From Clostridiaceae bacterium (GTDB lineage: Bacteria; Bacillota; Clostridia; Acetivibrionales; DUMB01): a stretch of 64,000 bases of DNA. Each line of letters starts with the position of its first letter. Position 1 is the first letter of the stretch. A model generated the notes under the pieces. The model saw nothing but the letters and a program-made list of their open reading frames with translations. It was not told the DNA's origin and did no database searches. The stretch is taken from assembly GCA_012840535.1 (NCBI GenBank), contig DULF01000095.1, positions 9,069 to 73,068 of the forward strand. Direction: 5' to 3'. Position numbers and translations under genes: made by a program. Below are positions 46,177-54,155 of the stretch, piece after piece.

Positions 46177-47609
46177 TGCTCTCCACCTTTTGTTCTGCCA
46201 ATGATAATATTCGAAGCTCCGCCTGATTTTGTTATATGCTCGACAGGTATTTTTAGTTCTTCAGACAATATGTCTAAAATATACGGCGAGCAAAATCCGC
46301 CCTGGCAACGTCCCATTCCGCTTCTTGTACGGCGCTTTACGGCATCTAAGTTTGTTGCCTTTGGGTTTGACCGTATTGCATCTATAATTTCTCCTTCACT
46401 AACCATTTCGCATCTGCATACTATCCTGGCGTATTTTCTGTTTTCCCTGATAAGCCTGTTTTTCTCCTCATCAGATAAATTTTTAAAAAAGTGCATGGAT
46501 TTTCGATATGGATTAAATTTTTTCTTTTTCTCAAGCCTGATACCTGTTTCTTTAAGCATCCCGGCTACATACCGGGCAATTGCGGGAGCCGCAGAAAGCC
46601 CCGGCGATTCAATTCCCGCCACACTTATAAAATTATCATTACTGAATTTTATTATGAAATCCCCTGTGCCGCCTACTGCCCTAAGGCCGCTGAATGAAGT
46701 TATTACCCTGTTGAAGGGGATACTGTTCACATATTTATTCACCTGTGACAATATTGTTTCGATTCCATCAAAGGTCGTTGAGGTATCCGTCTTATCCGTT
46801 ATATCAACAGAGGTTGGACCTAAGAGGAGATTTCCGTCAACGGTAGGGGTAATAAGAATTCCTTTGCCTTTTTCGGTGGGAGTTCCGAATATGGTATGGG
46901 ACACCAGGCTGCCGCATTCTTTATCCAAAAGCAAGTACTCACCCTTTCTGGGATGGATGCTAAAGCTTGTATCGCCGGCCATTTTTGCAATGTCATCCGC
47001 GAAAAGGCCTGCCGCATTTATAATGTATTTTGCTTTGACAGATTCAAATGATGATATTACTTCATACCCATCTTCATTCTTTTTTATTTCCTCCACTTTA
47101 AAATTAAGCTTTAAATCAACGCCGTTGTCCATAGCATTTCCTATTGCTGCAATCGCAAGCTCATAAGGGCATGTAATTCCGCTGGTTGGCGCATATAATG
47201 CACAAACCGCATTTTTTGATATATTAGACTCCAGGTTCAGAAGTTCGTCCTTATCAAGCAACGCAAGCTTCTTGACGCCGTTTGCTATGCCGCGGCGGTA
47301 AAGAGTTTTTATTTTTTCTGCATCTTCATCATTAAAACCTATAACAAGGGAACCGTTATTTATATATCTTACGCCAAGTTCTTCAGCTATCTGGGGCATC
47401 ATTTCAGATCCTAAAACATTAAGCCTTGCTTTCAAAGTACCTTCCTTTGGATCATATCCTGCATGTATGATAGCGCTGTTTGCTTTGGTTGCTCCCATGG
47501 CAACATCGCTTTCCTTATCAAGAATGCAAACAGACAAGAGATATTTAGAAAGCTCCCTTGCTGTCATCGCGCCGACTATTCCCGCACCTATTATCACTAT
47601 ATCATACAT
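46170..47609 (-). CDS. FAD-dependent glycerol-3-phosphate dehydrogenase/oxidase-like protein with a BFD-like [2Fe-2S] domain
   Basis: It contains MYDIVIIGAGIVGAMTARE, and a C-terminal CRCEMVSEGEI...GRCQGGFC. Confidence 0.75.
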   Translation of the reverse strand: MYDIVIIGAGIVGAMTARELSKYLLSVCILDKESDVAMGATKANSAIIHAGYDPKEGTLKARLNVLGSEMMPQIAEELGVRYINNGSLVIGFNDEDAEKIKTLYRRGIANGVKKLALLDKDELLNLESNISKNAVCALYAPTSGITCPYELAIAAIGNAMDNGVDLKLNFKVEEIKKNEDGYEVISSFESVKAKYIINAAGLFADDIAKMAGDTSFSIHPRKGEYLLLDKECGSLVSHTIFGTPTEKGKGILITPTVDGNLLLGPTSVDITDKTDTSTTFDGIETILSQVNKYVNSIPFNRVITSFSGLRAVGGTGDFIIKFSNDNFISVAGIESPGLSAAPAIARYVAGMLKETGIRLEKKKKFNPYRKSMHFFKNLSDEEKNRLIRENRKYARIVCRCEMVSEGEIIDAIRSNPKATNLDAVKRRTRSGMGRCQGGFCSPYILDILSEELKIPVEHITKSGGASNIIIGRTKGGEQW

Positions 47610-47629
47610 TCTGAATCCCCTCTTGCAGA

Positions 47630-47683
47630 ATTAAAAAGACGCATCAGATACAGGGTCATAAAACCCTTTATTCCAATGCGTCT
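47630..47683 (-). promoter_or_regulatory. Leader terminator of the glycerol-phosphate operon (candidate GlpP antitermination target)
   Basis: On the minus strand, AGACGCAT (47683-47676) pairs with ATGCGTCT (47644-47637). The intervening sequence contains an inner hairpin GGGTTTTATGACCC, and TTTTTAA follows. The structure ends about 20 nt before the ATG at 47609. Confidence 0.55.
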
Positions 47684-47827
47684 CCAAATCTCTGCATTAA
47701 TTATTCAATTAATTTTATAATACCATCTGGTTCTTTATTTGTCAATATTTTGGGGGGGTTCGGTTATGCCTTATTGCATCAACAATATGAAAAGACTCCG
47801 GCGTTTCCACTACCGGAGTCTTTTCCT

Positions 47828-47903
47828 TGGAGCTGGCGGACGGAATCGAACCCCCGACCTGCTGATTACAAGTCAGCTGCTCTACCTGCTGAGCTACGCC
47901 AGC
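47828..47903 (-). tRNA. tRNA-Thr (anticodon UGU)
   Basis: The 76-nt sequence folds as a cloverleaf by hand: acceptor GCTGGCG/CGCCAGC, D-arm GCTC-AGCAGGTA-GAGC, anticodon arm GCTGA-CTTGTAA-TCAGC, T-loop TTCGATT, and an encoded CCA. Confidence 0.85.
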
Positions 47904-47933
47904 AAAAATATTTAATTCGTCAACCGCTATAAT

Positions 47934-47963
47934 ATAATAGCACGACGTTTGGTTAACTGTCAA
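47934..47963 (-). promoter_or_regulatory. Promoter candidate for tRNA-Thr
   Basis: On the minus strand: TTGACA (47963-47958), an 18-nt spacer, then TATTAT (47939-47934). Confidence 0.35.
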
Positions 47964-48052
47964 CACCTATTAATGAAAAAAACATGGTAAAAACGGGGAA
48001 AATTATTCGCTGCAAAAAGCCATTTGAGGCCTTTTGCAGCATAGTTAAGCTG

Positions 48053-48409
48053 TTAGATATCGACAAACTCATCTTTCAGAGATGATTCTTTAGCCTTTAT
48101 ACACATCCGTGAACTGAGTATTCCGGCCTCCAAGGGAGCAATGGATTTCTCTTTTCCGCGCATAACATTTATAAAATTGTACGCAAGCACTGAATCACCG
48201 CCAAAATGCGCCATGACGCTCGAATCAAATTTATAGCTTCTTGTTATTGGTGTATGGTGCATATACACCTTAACCTCGTCCCTGTACCAGTCGAACTCTA
48301 TAGTTCCTTTATATCCAAACAGTGTCGCGCCGCGTTTCCGGGCTTCTTTCCTGGCGGTGGATACATACAAGGATGGCAGCCTTGACATAAAAAAAGATTT
48401 CAATACCAT
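48053..48409 (-). pseudogene. Remnant of a Gfo/Idh/MocA-type oxidoreductase (C-terminal domain only)
   Basis: The 118-aa ORF ...GYKGTIEFDW...VKVY...HFGGDSVLAYNFINVMRG...PLEAGILSSRMCIKAKESS...FVDI matches the C-terminal alpha/beta domain pattern. The N-terminal Rossmann domain is absent. The ORF is wedged between two tRNA genes. Confidence 0.5.
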
Positions 48410-48434
48410 CAGGTACTGAAATCCCTCTTCTTTT

Positions 48435-48510
48435 TGGTGGGCACTATAGGGCTTGAACCTATGACCCCCTGCTTGTAAGGCAGATGCTCTCCCAGCTGAG
48501 CTAAGCGCCC
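48435..48510 (-). tRNA. tRNA-Val (anticodon UAC)
   Basis: GGGCGCTTAGCTCAGCTGGGAGAGCATCTGCCTTACAAGCAGGGGGTCATAGGTTCAAGCCCTATAGTGCCCACCA folds as a cloverleaf by hand, with an encoded CCA. Confidence 0.85.
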
Positions 48511-48535
48511 GAATGCGTTTTTCAAAACAAGGTTA

Positions 48536-48565
48536 ATTATAACACCATTATGTCACACATGTCAA
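48536..48565 (-). promoter_or_regulatory. Promoter candidate for tRNA-Val
   Basis: On the minus strand: TTGACA (48565-48560), an 18-nt spacer, then an extended -10 TGTTATAAT (TATAAT = 48541-48536). Confidence 0.45.
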
Positions 48566-48614
48566 ATGGAATTTTTTAAATGAATGCGGTTTTTTAAGTT
48601 TTGCGGCAAAGGCG

Positions 48615-48908
48615 TCACAGATACACCTTTTTATCTGTTCTGCCTTCTATTTTCCCTATTCCATAGCCATAGCAAAAAGACTGGCACATGCTTGCAACTA
48701 TGAGTTCACTTAAGAATTCCCTTTCTTCTTTATCAAGCCCCTTGTCCATTATTTTGATAAAATCCCTGGTCTTTTCTTTTGCAATAAGCTTTATTGCCTC
48801 CCTTGTGCCGGCCAGTTCATTTGCAAGCCTTGCTCTTCCCTGCCTTAAATACTCCCTTATTGTCCTTTCAAATTCACTCATATTTTCATTGTTTGATATC
48901 TTAGCCAT
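48615..48908 (-). CDS. Hypothetical protein (97 aa)
   Basis: It is an intact ORF with charged helical sequence. I did not recognise a family. Confidence 0.35.
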   Translation of the reverse strand: MAKISNNENMSEFERTIREYLRQGRARLANELAGTREAIKLIAKEKTRDFIKIMDKGLDKEEREFLSELIVASMCQSFCYGYGIGKIEGRTDKKVYL

Positions 48909-49011
48909 TTTACAGAGCCTCCTAAATGTCTTTTAGTATAATTTTCCCATATAATCCAATATTTATACACGTAACAGCAAAATATCAGACAGGAACCCCG
49001 CGAGCTCCTGC

Positions 49012-50202
49012 CTATCTGGTTATTAGTCCATCCTTTTCTTTTTCGGCCAGCTTAATAGGGATTGTAACCAATTTATTGCTCTTTCTGTCAAGATGCGTGA
49101 CGTTGATGATATCGCCTGGTTTTTTGGAATATATATATGTTCGAAGCTGCATCATTGTATTTATTTCAATTTCGTCAACCTGCTTGATAATACATCCAAC
49201 GCGAATCCCCGCATTATATGCCGGCCCGCTCGTATCTACATTAACCACATATATTCCGCTGTCGAGTTCTATATCGTCTTCCAGGTACGGGATAACCTCC
49301 CGGTCATATGCAAATATGCCCATATACGGTTCTTTGAAACTGCCGTTTTCTGTAAATTGTTTAATTATCGGCACAGCGACGTTTATTGGTATCGCAAATC
49401 CAATACCTTCAGCGCTTGCAACTTTTATTGTGTTAATGCCTATTACCTCTCCCTTTGAATTTAACAGCGGACCACCGCTGTTTCCAGGGTTTATGCTGGC
49501 ATCAGTCTGTATCAGGTCCTCCATGTAGTTCGGACCTTCCCCGGTTTCAATTTGTATAGTCCTGTTTAAAGCGCTGATTATTCCCGAGGTTACAGTCCTT
49601 TGAAACTGCAGCCCAAGCGGGTTTCCAATGGCTATAGCCGGTTCTCCGACCTGGAGCGTATTTGCGTCGCCAAGCGGAATTGTGGTCAAACCTTTTGCGT
49701 TTACCTTTACCACAGCAAGATCCAATACAGGATCGGACCAGACCGTCACGCCGTCAAGTTCCTTCCCGTCTGCAAAAGATACAATAATCCTTTTATTTCT
49801 GCCTCCTGCAACATGATGGTTGGTAAGAATATATCCATCTTTGCTTACTACCACACCCGAACCGATGCCCCATTTTTCAGCTGCATTACTGTCAAATATC
49901 GAGTTCCTGTCAACCCTGAGGACTGAAATCCCTACTACCCCTGCTGTAGCGCTTTTTGCCACTGAAGCGGCCACAGGTGTTTCAGTGGTGGTTGTTTCAG
50001 CAACAATCTGCTGTGGTTTCGGCGCTTCAGTTCTGTTCTCCACCGGCGGGACAGCAGGCGGATTTGAATACATCCCAAAGTAACCGGTTACAAAGAATAA
50101 AAACAACCCTACTGTCAGCGCTGAAAGTACAGCCGTCATGACAATTTTGAAAAAGTCACTTTTACGTCTGTCATCGAACAATTTTATCAACCTCTTTTTC
50201 AA
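49012..50202 (-). CDS. htrA: HtrA/DegP-family serine protease with PDZ domain, membrane-anchored
   Basis: It has an N-terminal TM segment, the trypsin-like triad context (TNHHV, DLAVVKV, GNSGGPLLN) and a C-terminal PDZ domain. Confidence 0.9.
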   Translation of the reverse strand: MKKRLIKLFDDRRKSDFFKIVMTAVLSALTVGLFLFFVTGYFGMYSNPPAVPPVENRTEAPKPQQIVAETTTTETPVAASVAKSATAGVVGISVLRVDRNSIFDSNAAEKWGIGSGVVVSKDGYILTNHHVAGGRNKRIIVSFADGKELDGVTVWSDPVLDLAVVKVNAKGLTTIPLGDANTLQVGEPAIAIGNPLGLQFQRTVTSGIISALNRTIQIETGEGPNYMEDLIQTDASINPGNSGGPLLNSKGEVIGINTIKVASAEGIGFAIPINVAVPIIKQFTENGSFKEPYMGIFAYDREVIPYLEDDIELDSGIYVVNVDTSGPAYNAGIRVGCIIKQVDEIEINTMMQLRTYIYSKKPGDIINVTHLDRKSNKLVTIPIKLAEKEKDGLITR

Positions 50203-50270
50203 ATTTGTGTTGTACTGCTTTGCTAATATTACTACAAACCTTATTATTTCAACAAATTTGAAAAAAATAC

Positions 50271-50300
50271 AAAAAAAGCGCCTAAGCGCCTTTTTATTTT
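50271..50300. terminator. Short GC hairpin flanked by A- and T-runs (bidirectional-type terminator) after the DUF951 gene
   Basis: The sequence is AAAAAAAGCGCCTAAGCGCCTTTTTATTTT. The stem is short and bulged. Confidence 0.4.
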
Positions 50301-50355
50301 AAATGAATACCTGTTCTCGTTTTATTAATGAATGCCTGCCCCTGTTTTATTCCAC

Positions 50356-50571
50356 TTACTCCTGGTCTTCCTGGCCTGTTTCGAAATAAGACTTTAACAC
50401 CTTTTTCACGCTCTTTTCAAATTTTGGCCTGGGAAGCATGACTTGATGCCCGCATCCCAGACACTTTATCCTGAAATCGGCTCCTGTTCTCAATACTTCC
50501 CACTGCTTGCTTCCACAGGGATGTTGTTTTTTCAGTTCCACAATATCACCAAGGTGAAACTTACCCGGCAT
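50356..50571 (-). CDS. DUF951-family small protein
   Basis: The 71-aa protein contains LGDIVELKKQHPCGS..WEVLRTGADFRIKCLGCGH.VMLPR, the pattern of the DUF951 family. Confidence 0.7.
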   Translation of the reverse strand: MPGKFHLGDIVELKKQHPCGSKQWEVLRTGADFRIKCLGCGHQVMLPRPKFEKSVKKVLKSYFETGQEDQE

Positions 50572-50616
50572 GAACTTCTCCTCCCTCCAAAACCATTATC
50601 CATAACAAAATCTGTT

Positions 50617-51426
50617 TTATATGAAAGCAATATCCTCCTTGCTGAACCTTTCCTTTATTAGCTTTCTTATCCGCCTTTCTACCTCCCCCTGGGTGTCCGG
50701 CCGCGTTCTGGCAAAAATCCTGAGATTCAGGTTTCTATCCCTCAACTCTGTAATTCCCAGCACTCTGGGCTTCTCAACAATCGCGTCAAACTCTTTTGCC
50801 ACATCGCTGCAGACTTCTTCGGCCACGGCAAACGCTTTGTCAATGTCCACGCTGTGAGCTATTGGAACGTCTACAATTACAGCCCTGTTCCCACGCGTAT
50901 GGTTTATTACCTTCTTTATTTCACCGTTCGGGATTATATATAAGTCCCCGTTAAAGTTGCGCAGTTTCGTCACCCTGAGCTCAAGCTGCTCCACTGTACC
51001 TGTCATATCGCCAACCGTTATAAGGTCTCCTACAGCATACTGATCCTCCATCACAATAAACATGCCTGAAATAATGTCTTTTATAAGGCTTTGGGCCCCA
51101 AAACCGATAGCTATGCCACCAACACCTGCCGCAGCTAAAACAGAAGTCATTTTAAAAACATCTGTCAGAATTACAACTCCTGACAATATATATACTGCAT
51201 ACTTGAATATGCTAATAAGAAGGCTGGACATCGTATCAACCTTTTTTACGTCTATATTCCTGAGAGTTTTCTGCTTGTCTAGGACCCTTTTAATAATAAA
51301 ACTTCCAACTTTTACTGCTCCTGCAGTAATCAAAATTATTAATACAATTTTGATCAAATCCATTAAAGGCCTTGGCAAAGCGTTGTAAAAGTCACTGATT
51401 GTTTTCAAAACATTGTTAAGCCACAT
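50617..51426 (-). CDS. Mechanosensitive ion channel (MscS family)
   Basis: It has three TM segments followed by the MscS beta-domain (FIVMEDQYAVGDLITVGDMTGTVEQLELRVTKLRNFNGDLYIIPNG). An AAGGAGG RBS precedes ATG 51426. Confidence 0.85.
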   Translation of the reverse strand: MWLNNVLKTISDFYNALPRPLMDLIKIVLIILITAGAVKVGSFIIKRVLDKQKTLRNIDVKKVDTMSSLLISIFKYAVYILSGVVILTDVFKMTSVLAAAGVGGIAIGFGAQSLIKDIISGMFIVMEDQYAVGDLITVGDMTGTVEQLELRVTKLRNFNGDLYIIPNGEIKKVINHTRGNRAVIVDVPIAHSVDIDKAFAVAEEVCSDVAKEFDAIVEKPRVLGITELRDRNLNLRIFARTRPDTQGEVERRIRKLIKERFSKEDIAFI

Positions 51427-51513
51427 GCTTTTCTGCCTCCTTTTTATGCACATTTCACGCACTTTCGAGGTAATGTTAACCGCCATTATTTTAACACATA
51501 TATCATTAGCATG

Positions 51514-52248
51514 TCACTTCCCCGCTGAAAAAACAGCCGCAGCTTCTATAAATTTCGTAAAAAGCCCCAAATGCTGTTTGTCCTTCTCCCACATAAGCTC
51601 AGGATGCCATTGGACCCCTACGGCAAATACGTGCTTCGCATGCTCTATTGATTCAATTATGCCGTCAGAAGTCCTTGAAGTCACCAGGAAGCCGTCTGCC
51701 ACATCCTTTATTGCCTGATGGTGGAATGAATTTACACATACGCGTTCCCGCTTATATACCGTCCATACCTTTGAACCCTCTTCAACGGCAATACAGTGCG
51801 TAGGATACCATTTTGGCGCATTCTGGGAGTGCTTTATCAAAACTTTGTTTTTAATCTGTGAATAGATGTCCTGATATAATGTCCCTCCCAACGCAACGTT
51901 GAGCACCTGAATACCTCTGCAGATTCCCAATATAGGCTTGCCGCTTCTTATAGCCTCCCTGGCAATGAATATTTCCAACGAATCCCTAAGGGGTGAAATT
52001 TCTCCGTTGAAAGGCAGGTTTTCCTCGCCAAAAAGCCCTGCATCAATGTCAGGTCCACCAGAAATGAGAAATCCGTCAAGCCTTTTACATATGTCCGCTA
52101 ATTCATCCTCTTTCTGCATCAAGGGCAGGAGCACCCCCAGCCCTCCGGCCTCAGCGATGCCTTCCATGTACCCATGCTTAATATAGGTAATTTTCTTCTC
52201 GTAATCGTAAAACGGAGTTACACCTATTAAAGGTTTGTATTTACTCAC
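51514..52248 (-). CDS. Class-I glutamine amidotransferase / gamma-glutamyl hydrolase (peptidase C26, PuuD-like)
   Basis: It contains GICRGIQVLNVALGG, NSFHHQ and VQWHPE. Confidence 0.8.
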   Translation of the reverse strand: MSKYKPLIGVTPFYDYEKKITYIKHGYMEGIAEAGGLGVLLPLMQKEDELADICKRLDGFLISGGPDIDAGLFGEENLPFNGEISPLRDSLEIFIAREAIRSGKPILGICRGIQVLNVALGGTLYQDIYSQIKNKVLIKHSQNAPKWYPTHCIAVEEGSKVWTVYKRERVCVNSFHHQAIKDVADGFLVTSRTSDGIIESIEHAKHVFAVGVQWHPELMWEKDKQHLGLFTKFIEAAAVFSAGK

Positions 52249-52261
52249 GGCATGCCCTCCT

Positions 52262-52311
52262 TAAACATAAAATAAATATAGGGAACGGTTTAACATCCAT
52301 TCCCTATATTT
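52262..52311 (-). terminator. Rho-independent terminator downstream of glnA
   Basis: AAATATAGGGAA (52274-52285) pairs perfectly (12 bp) with TTCCCTATATTT (52300-52311). On the minus strand ATTTTATGTTT follows. Confidence 0.6.
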
Positions 52312-52364
52312 TATTAACCGGTCCCTACAACTATGTGGCACTCGTTAACGGCGGTCAGCACCTC

Positions 52365-53699
52365 TCAGTATTTCTTCAGATATTGGTCAATTTCCCACTG
52401 GGTTACTTTGCTGGTATAGTCATTCCATTCTTTCGTTTTCGCTTCAATATATTTATTAAAAATGTGATCTCCAAGAACCTCCCTTACAAGCTCGCTTTTA
52501 CTCATTTCCTCGACCGCTTCCTTAAGGTTTGCGGGCAATTGATATACACCTTCACTCGCTTTTTGCTCTTCGGTCATCTCATAAATATTTCTGTTAACAG
52601 GCGGCGGTGGCTGAATTTTGTTTTTTATTCCATCCAAACCGGCAGTTAGTATTGCCGCCAATGCAAGATAAGGATTGCATGCAGGGTCGGGACATCTTAG
52701 CTCAACTCTTGTAAAATCACCTTCTGCAGTCGGTATCCTGATAAGAGGGCTCCTGTTCTTGGCCGACCACGCAATATAAACCGGCGCCTCATATCCCGGC
52801 ACAAGTCTCTTGTATGAATTAACCAACGGATTTGTTAATGCCGTTATTGATCTTATATGCTTCATCAGACCTCCAATAAACCAATATGCATACTCGCTCA
52901 ACCGCAGGGGGTCATTTTCATCGTAGAATACATTTTTGCCGTTTTTGAACAATGAAGTATTTACATGCATACCTGAGCCGTTAATCCCAAAAATCGGTTT
53001 AGGCATAAAAGTAGCGTGAAGTCCGTGCCTTTGCGCAATCGTCTTAACCACAAGCTTGAATGTCAAAATCGCATCGGCAGTGCTTAATGCGTCATTGTAT
53101 TTGAAATCAATTTCATGCTGACCCGGAGCAACCTCATGATGGGAGGCTTCTATTTCGAATCCCATTTCTTCCAGGGCAAGCACCATGTCTCTCCTTGCAT
53201 CTTCGCCCAAATCAACGGGACCTAAATCAAAGTAGCCTCCTTTATCATGTGTTTTTGTGGTTGGATTGCCTTCATCGTCGGTAAGAAAGAGGAAAAATTC
53301 ACACTCCGGCCCTACGTTAAAGATATCGAACCCCATTTCGGCAGCCTTATTAACAGCCCGTTTGAGAACATATCTGGGATCACCCTCAAATGGTGTTCCG
53401 TCAGGATTGTACACATCGCATATAAGCCTGGCCACCCTGCCTACCTGAGGCCTCCATGGGAATATCACAAAAGTATTGGGATCAGGCCTCAAATACATAT
53501 CAGACTCCTCTATCCTTACAAATCCCTCAATGGACGAGCCGTCAAACATGCATTTGTTGTCAAGGGCTTTTTCAAGCTGTTCCGATGTAATAGCAAGATT
53601 CTTGAGTGTTCCAAGTATATCTGTAAATTGCAATCTTATAAATTTAACATCCTGCTCTCTTACAATACGTACAATATCATCTTTTGAATATTTCGGCAT
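52365..53699 (-). CDS. glnA: Glutamine synthetase, type I
   Basis: It contains [40 protein letters not shown] and [20 protein letters not shown] precedes ATG 53699; the ORF-track extension covers the leader. Confidence 0.95.
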   Translation of the reverse strand: MPKYSKDDIVRIVREQDVKFIRLQFTDILGTLKNLAITSEQLEKALDNKCMFDGSSIEGFVRIEESDMYLRPDPNTFVIFPWRPQVGRVARLICDVYNPDGTPFEGDPRYVLKRAVNKAAEMGFDIFNVGPECEFFLFLTDDEGNPTTKTHDKGGYFDLGPVDLGEDARRDMVLALEEMGFEIEASHHEVAPGQHEIDFKYNDALSTADAILTFKLVVKTIAQRHGLHATFMPKPIFGINGSGMHVNTSLFKNGKNVFYDENDPLRLSEYAYWFIGGLMKHIRSITALTNPLVNSYKRLVPGYEAPVYIAWSAKNRSPLIRIPTAEGDFTRVELRCPDPACNPYLALAAILTAGLDGIKNKIQPPPPVNRNIYEMTEEQKASEGVYQLPANLKEAVEEMSKSELVREVLGDHIFNKYIEAKTKEWNDYTSKVTQWEIDQYLKKY

Positions 53700-53732
53700 A
53701 CCGTAACACTCCCTCGGCTTATTTTTAACATC

Positions 53733-53792
53733 AAAAACAAAAAAGCGCACCCACAAGGTTTTGGCAAACCTTTCTGGGAACGCCGTTGTTCC
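53733..53792 (-). promoter_or_regulatory. glnA leader: intrinsic terminator plus an overlapping alternative hairpin
   Basis: On the minus strand, GCGTTCCCAG...AAGGTTTGCCAAAACCTT...TGTGGGTGCGC is followed by TTTTTTGTTTTT. An upstream hairpin GGAAC-AACGGC-GTTCC (53792-53777) shares GTTCC with the left arm of the terminator. Confidence 0.55.
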
Positions 53793-53821
53793 ACAAAAAA
53801 TAAAATGATTTAACCACATTT

Positions 53822-53849
53822 ATTATAACATAATCAGCAAATATTACAA
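53822..53849 (-). promoter_or_regulatory. Promoter candidate for glnA
   Basis: On the minus strand: TTGTAA (53849-53844), a 16-nt spacer, then an extended -10 TGTTATAAT (TATAAT = 53827-53822). Confidence 0.4.
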
Positions 53850-53865
53850 TATCATTATTACCAAA

Positions 53866-54024
53866 CTACATTTTTTCAAACATGTCCTTTTCCACACCGC
53901 ATACCGGGCATACCCAGTCCTCAGGCAAATCTTCGAATGGTGTGCCTGGAGGTATATTGCCATCAGGGTCACCTACAGCCGGATCATAAACATAACCACA
54001 TGCAGTGCAAACATATTTATCCAT
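53866..54024 (-). CDS. Rubredoxin (52 aa; below the ORF-track length cut-off)
   Basis: My hand translation gives [52 protein letters not shown]. It has two CxxCG knuckles and the rubredoxin core motifs. An AGGAGTG RBS is present. Confidence 0.9.
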   Translation of the reverse strand: MDKYVCTACGYVYDPAVGDPDGNIPPGTPFEDLPEDWVCPVCGVEKDMFEKM

Positions 54025-54102
54025 TATTATCACTCCTGTAAAATATTTATATAAATATTACCCATATGCTTTTATTATATAACAAAAAATTAACAAATCA
54101 AG

Positions 54103-54140
54103 TTGGCCGGGAACAACCGTCAAAGCCGGTTCCCGGCCAA
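54103..54140 (-). terminator. Terminator downstream of the 85-aa gene
   Basis: TTGGCCGGGAAC (54103-54114) pairs perfectly (12 bp) with GTTCCCGGCCAA (54129-54140). The trailing sequence on the minus strand is T-rich (CTTGATTTGTTAATTTTTTG). Confidence 0.6.
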
Positions 54141-54155
54141 TACTTATGTATCTTT

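Noticed and set aside
46201-47166. A 321-aa plus-strand ORF, plus similar long antisense ORFs at 45305-45937, 42593-43267, 35581-36231, 48926-49528, 12876-13415 and 9401-10141.
   Set aside because: All lie opposite confidently identified genes (glpA-like, glpB-like, G1PDH-like, prs, htrA, the 623-aa gene, spoIIE). Their compositions are biased toward S/I/L/F/P, and they have no start context.
53777-53792. Calling the glnA leader a bona fide ANTAR-regulated dual-hairpin element.
   Set aside because: Only one hairpin has the A1/G4 hexaloop. The second stem-loop has a 4-nt (or non-matching 6-nt) loop. No ANTAR gene is in the window. I report it only as a terminator/antiterminator candidate.
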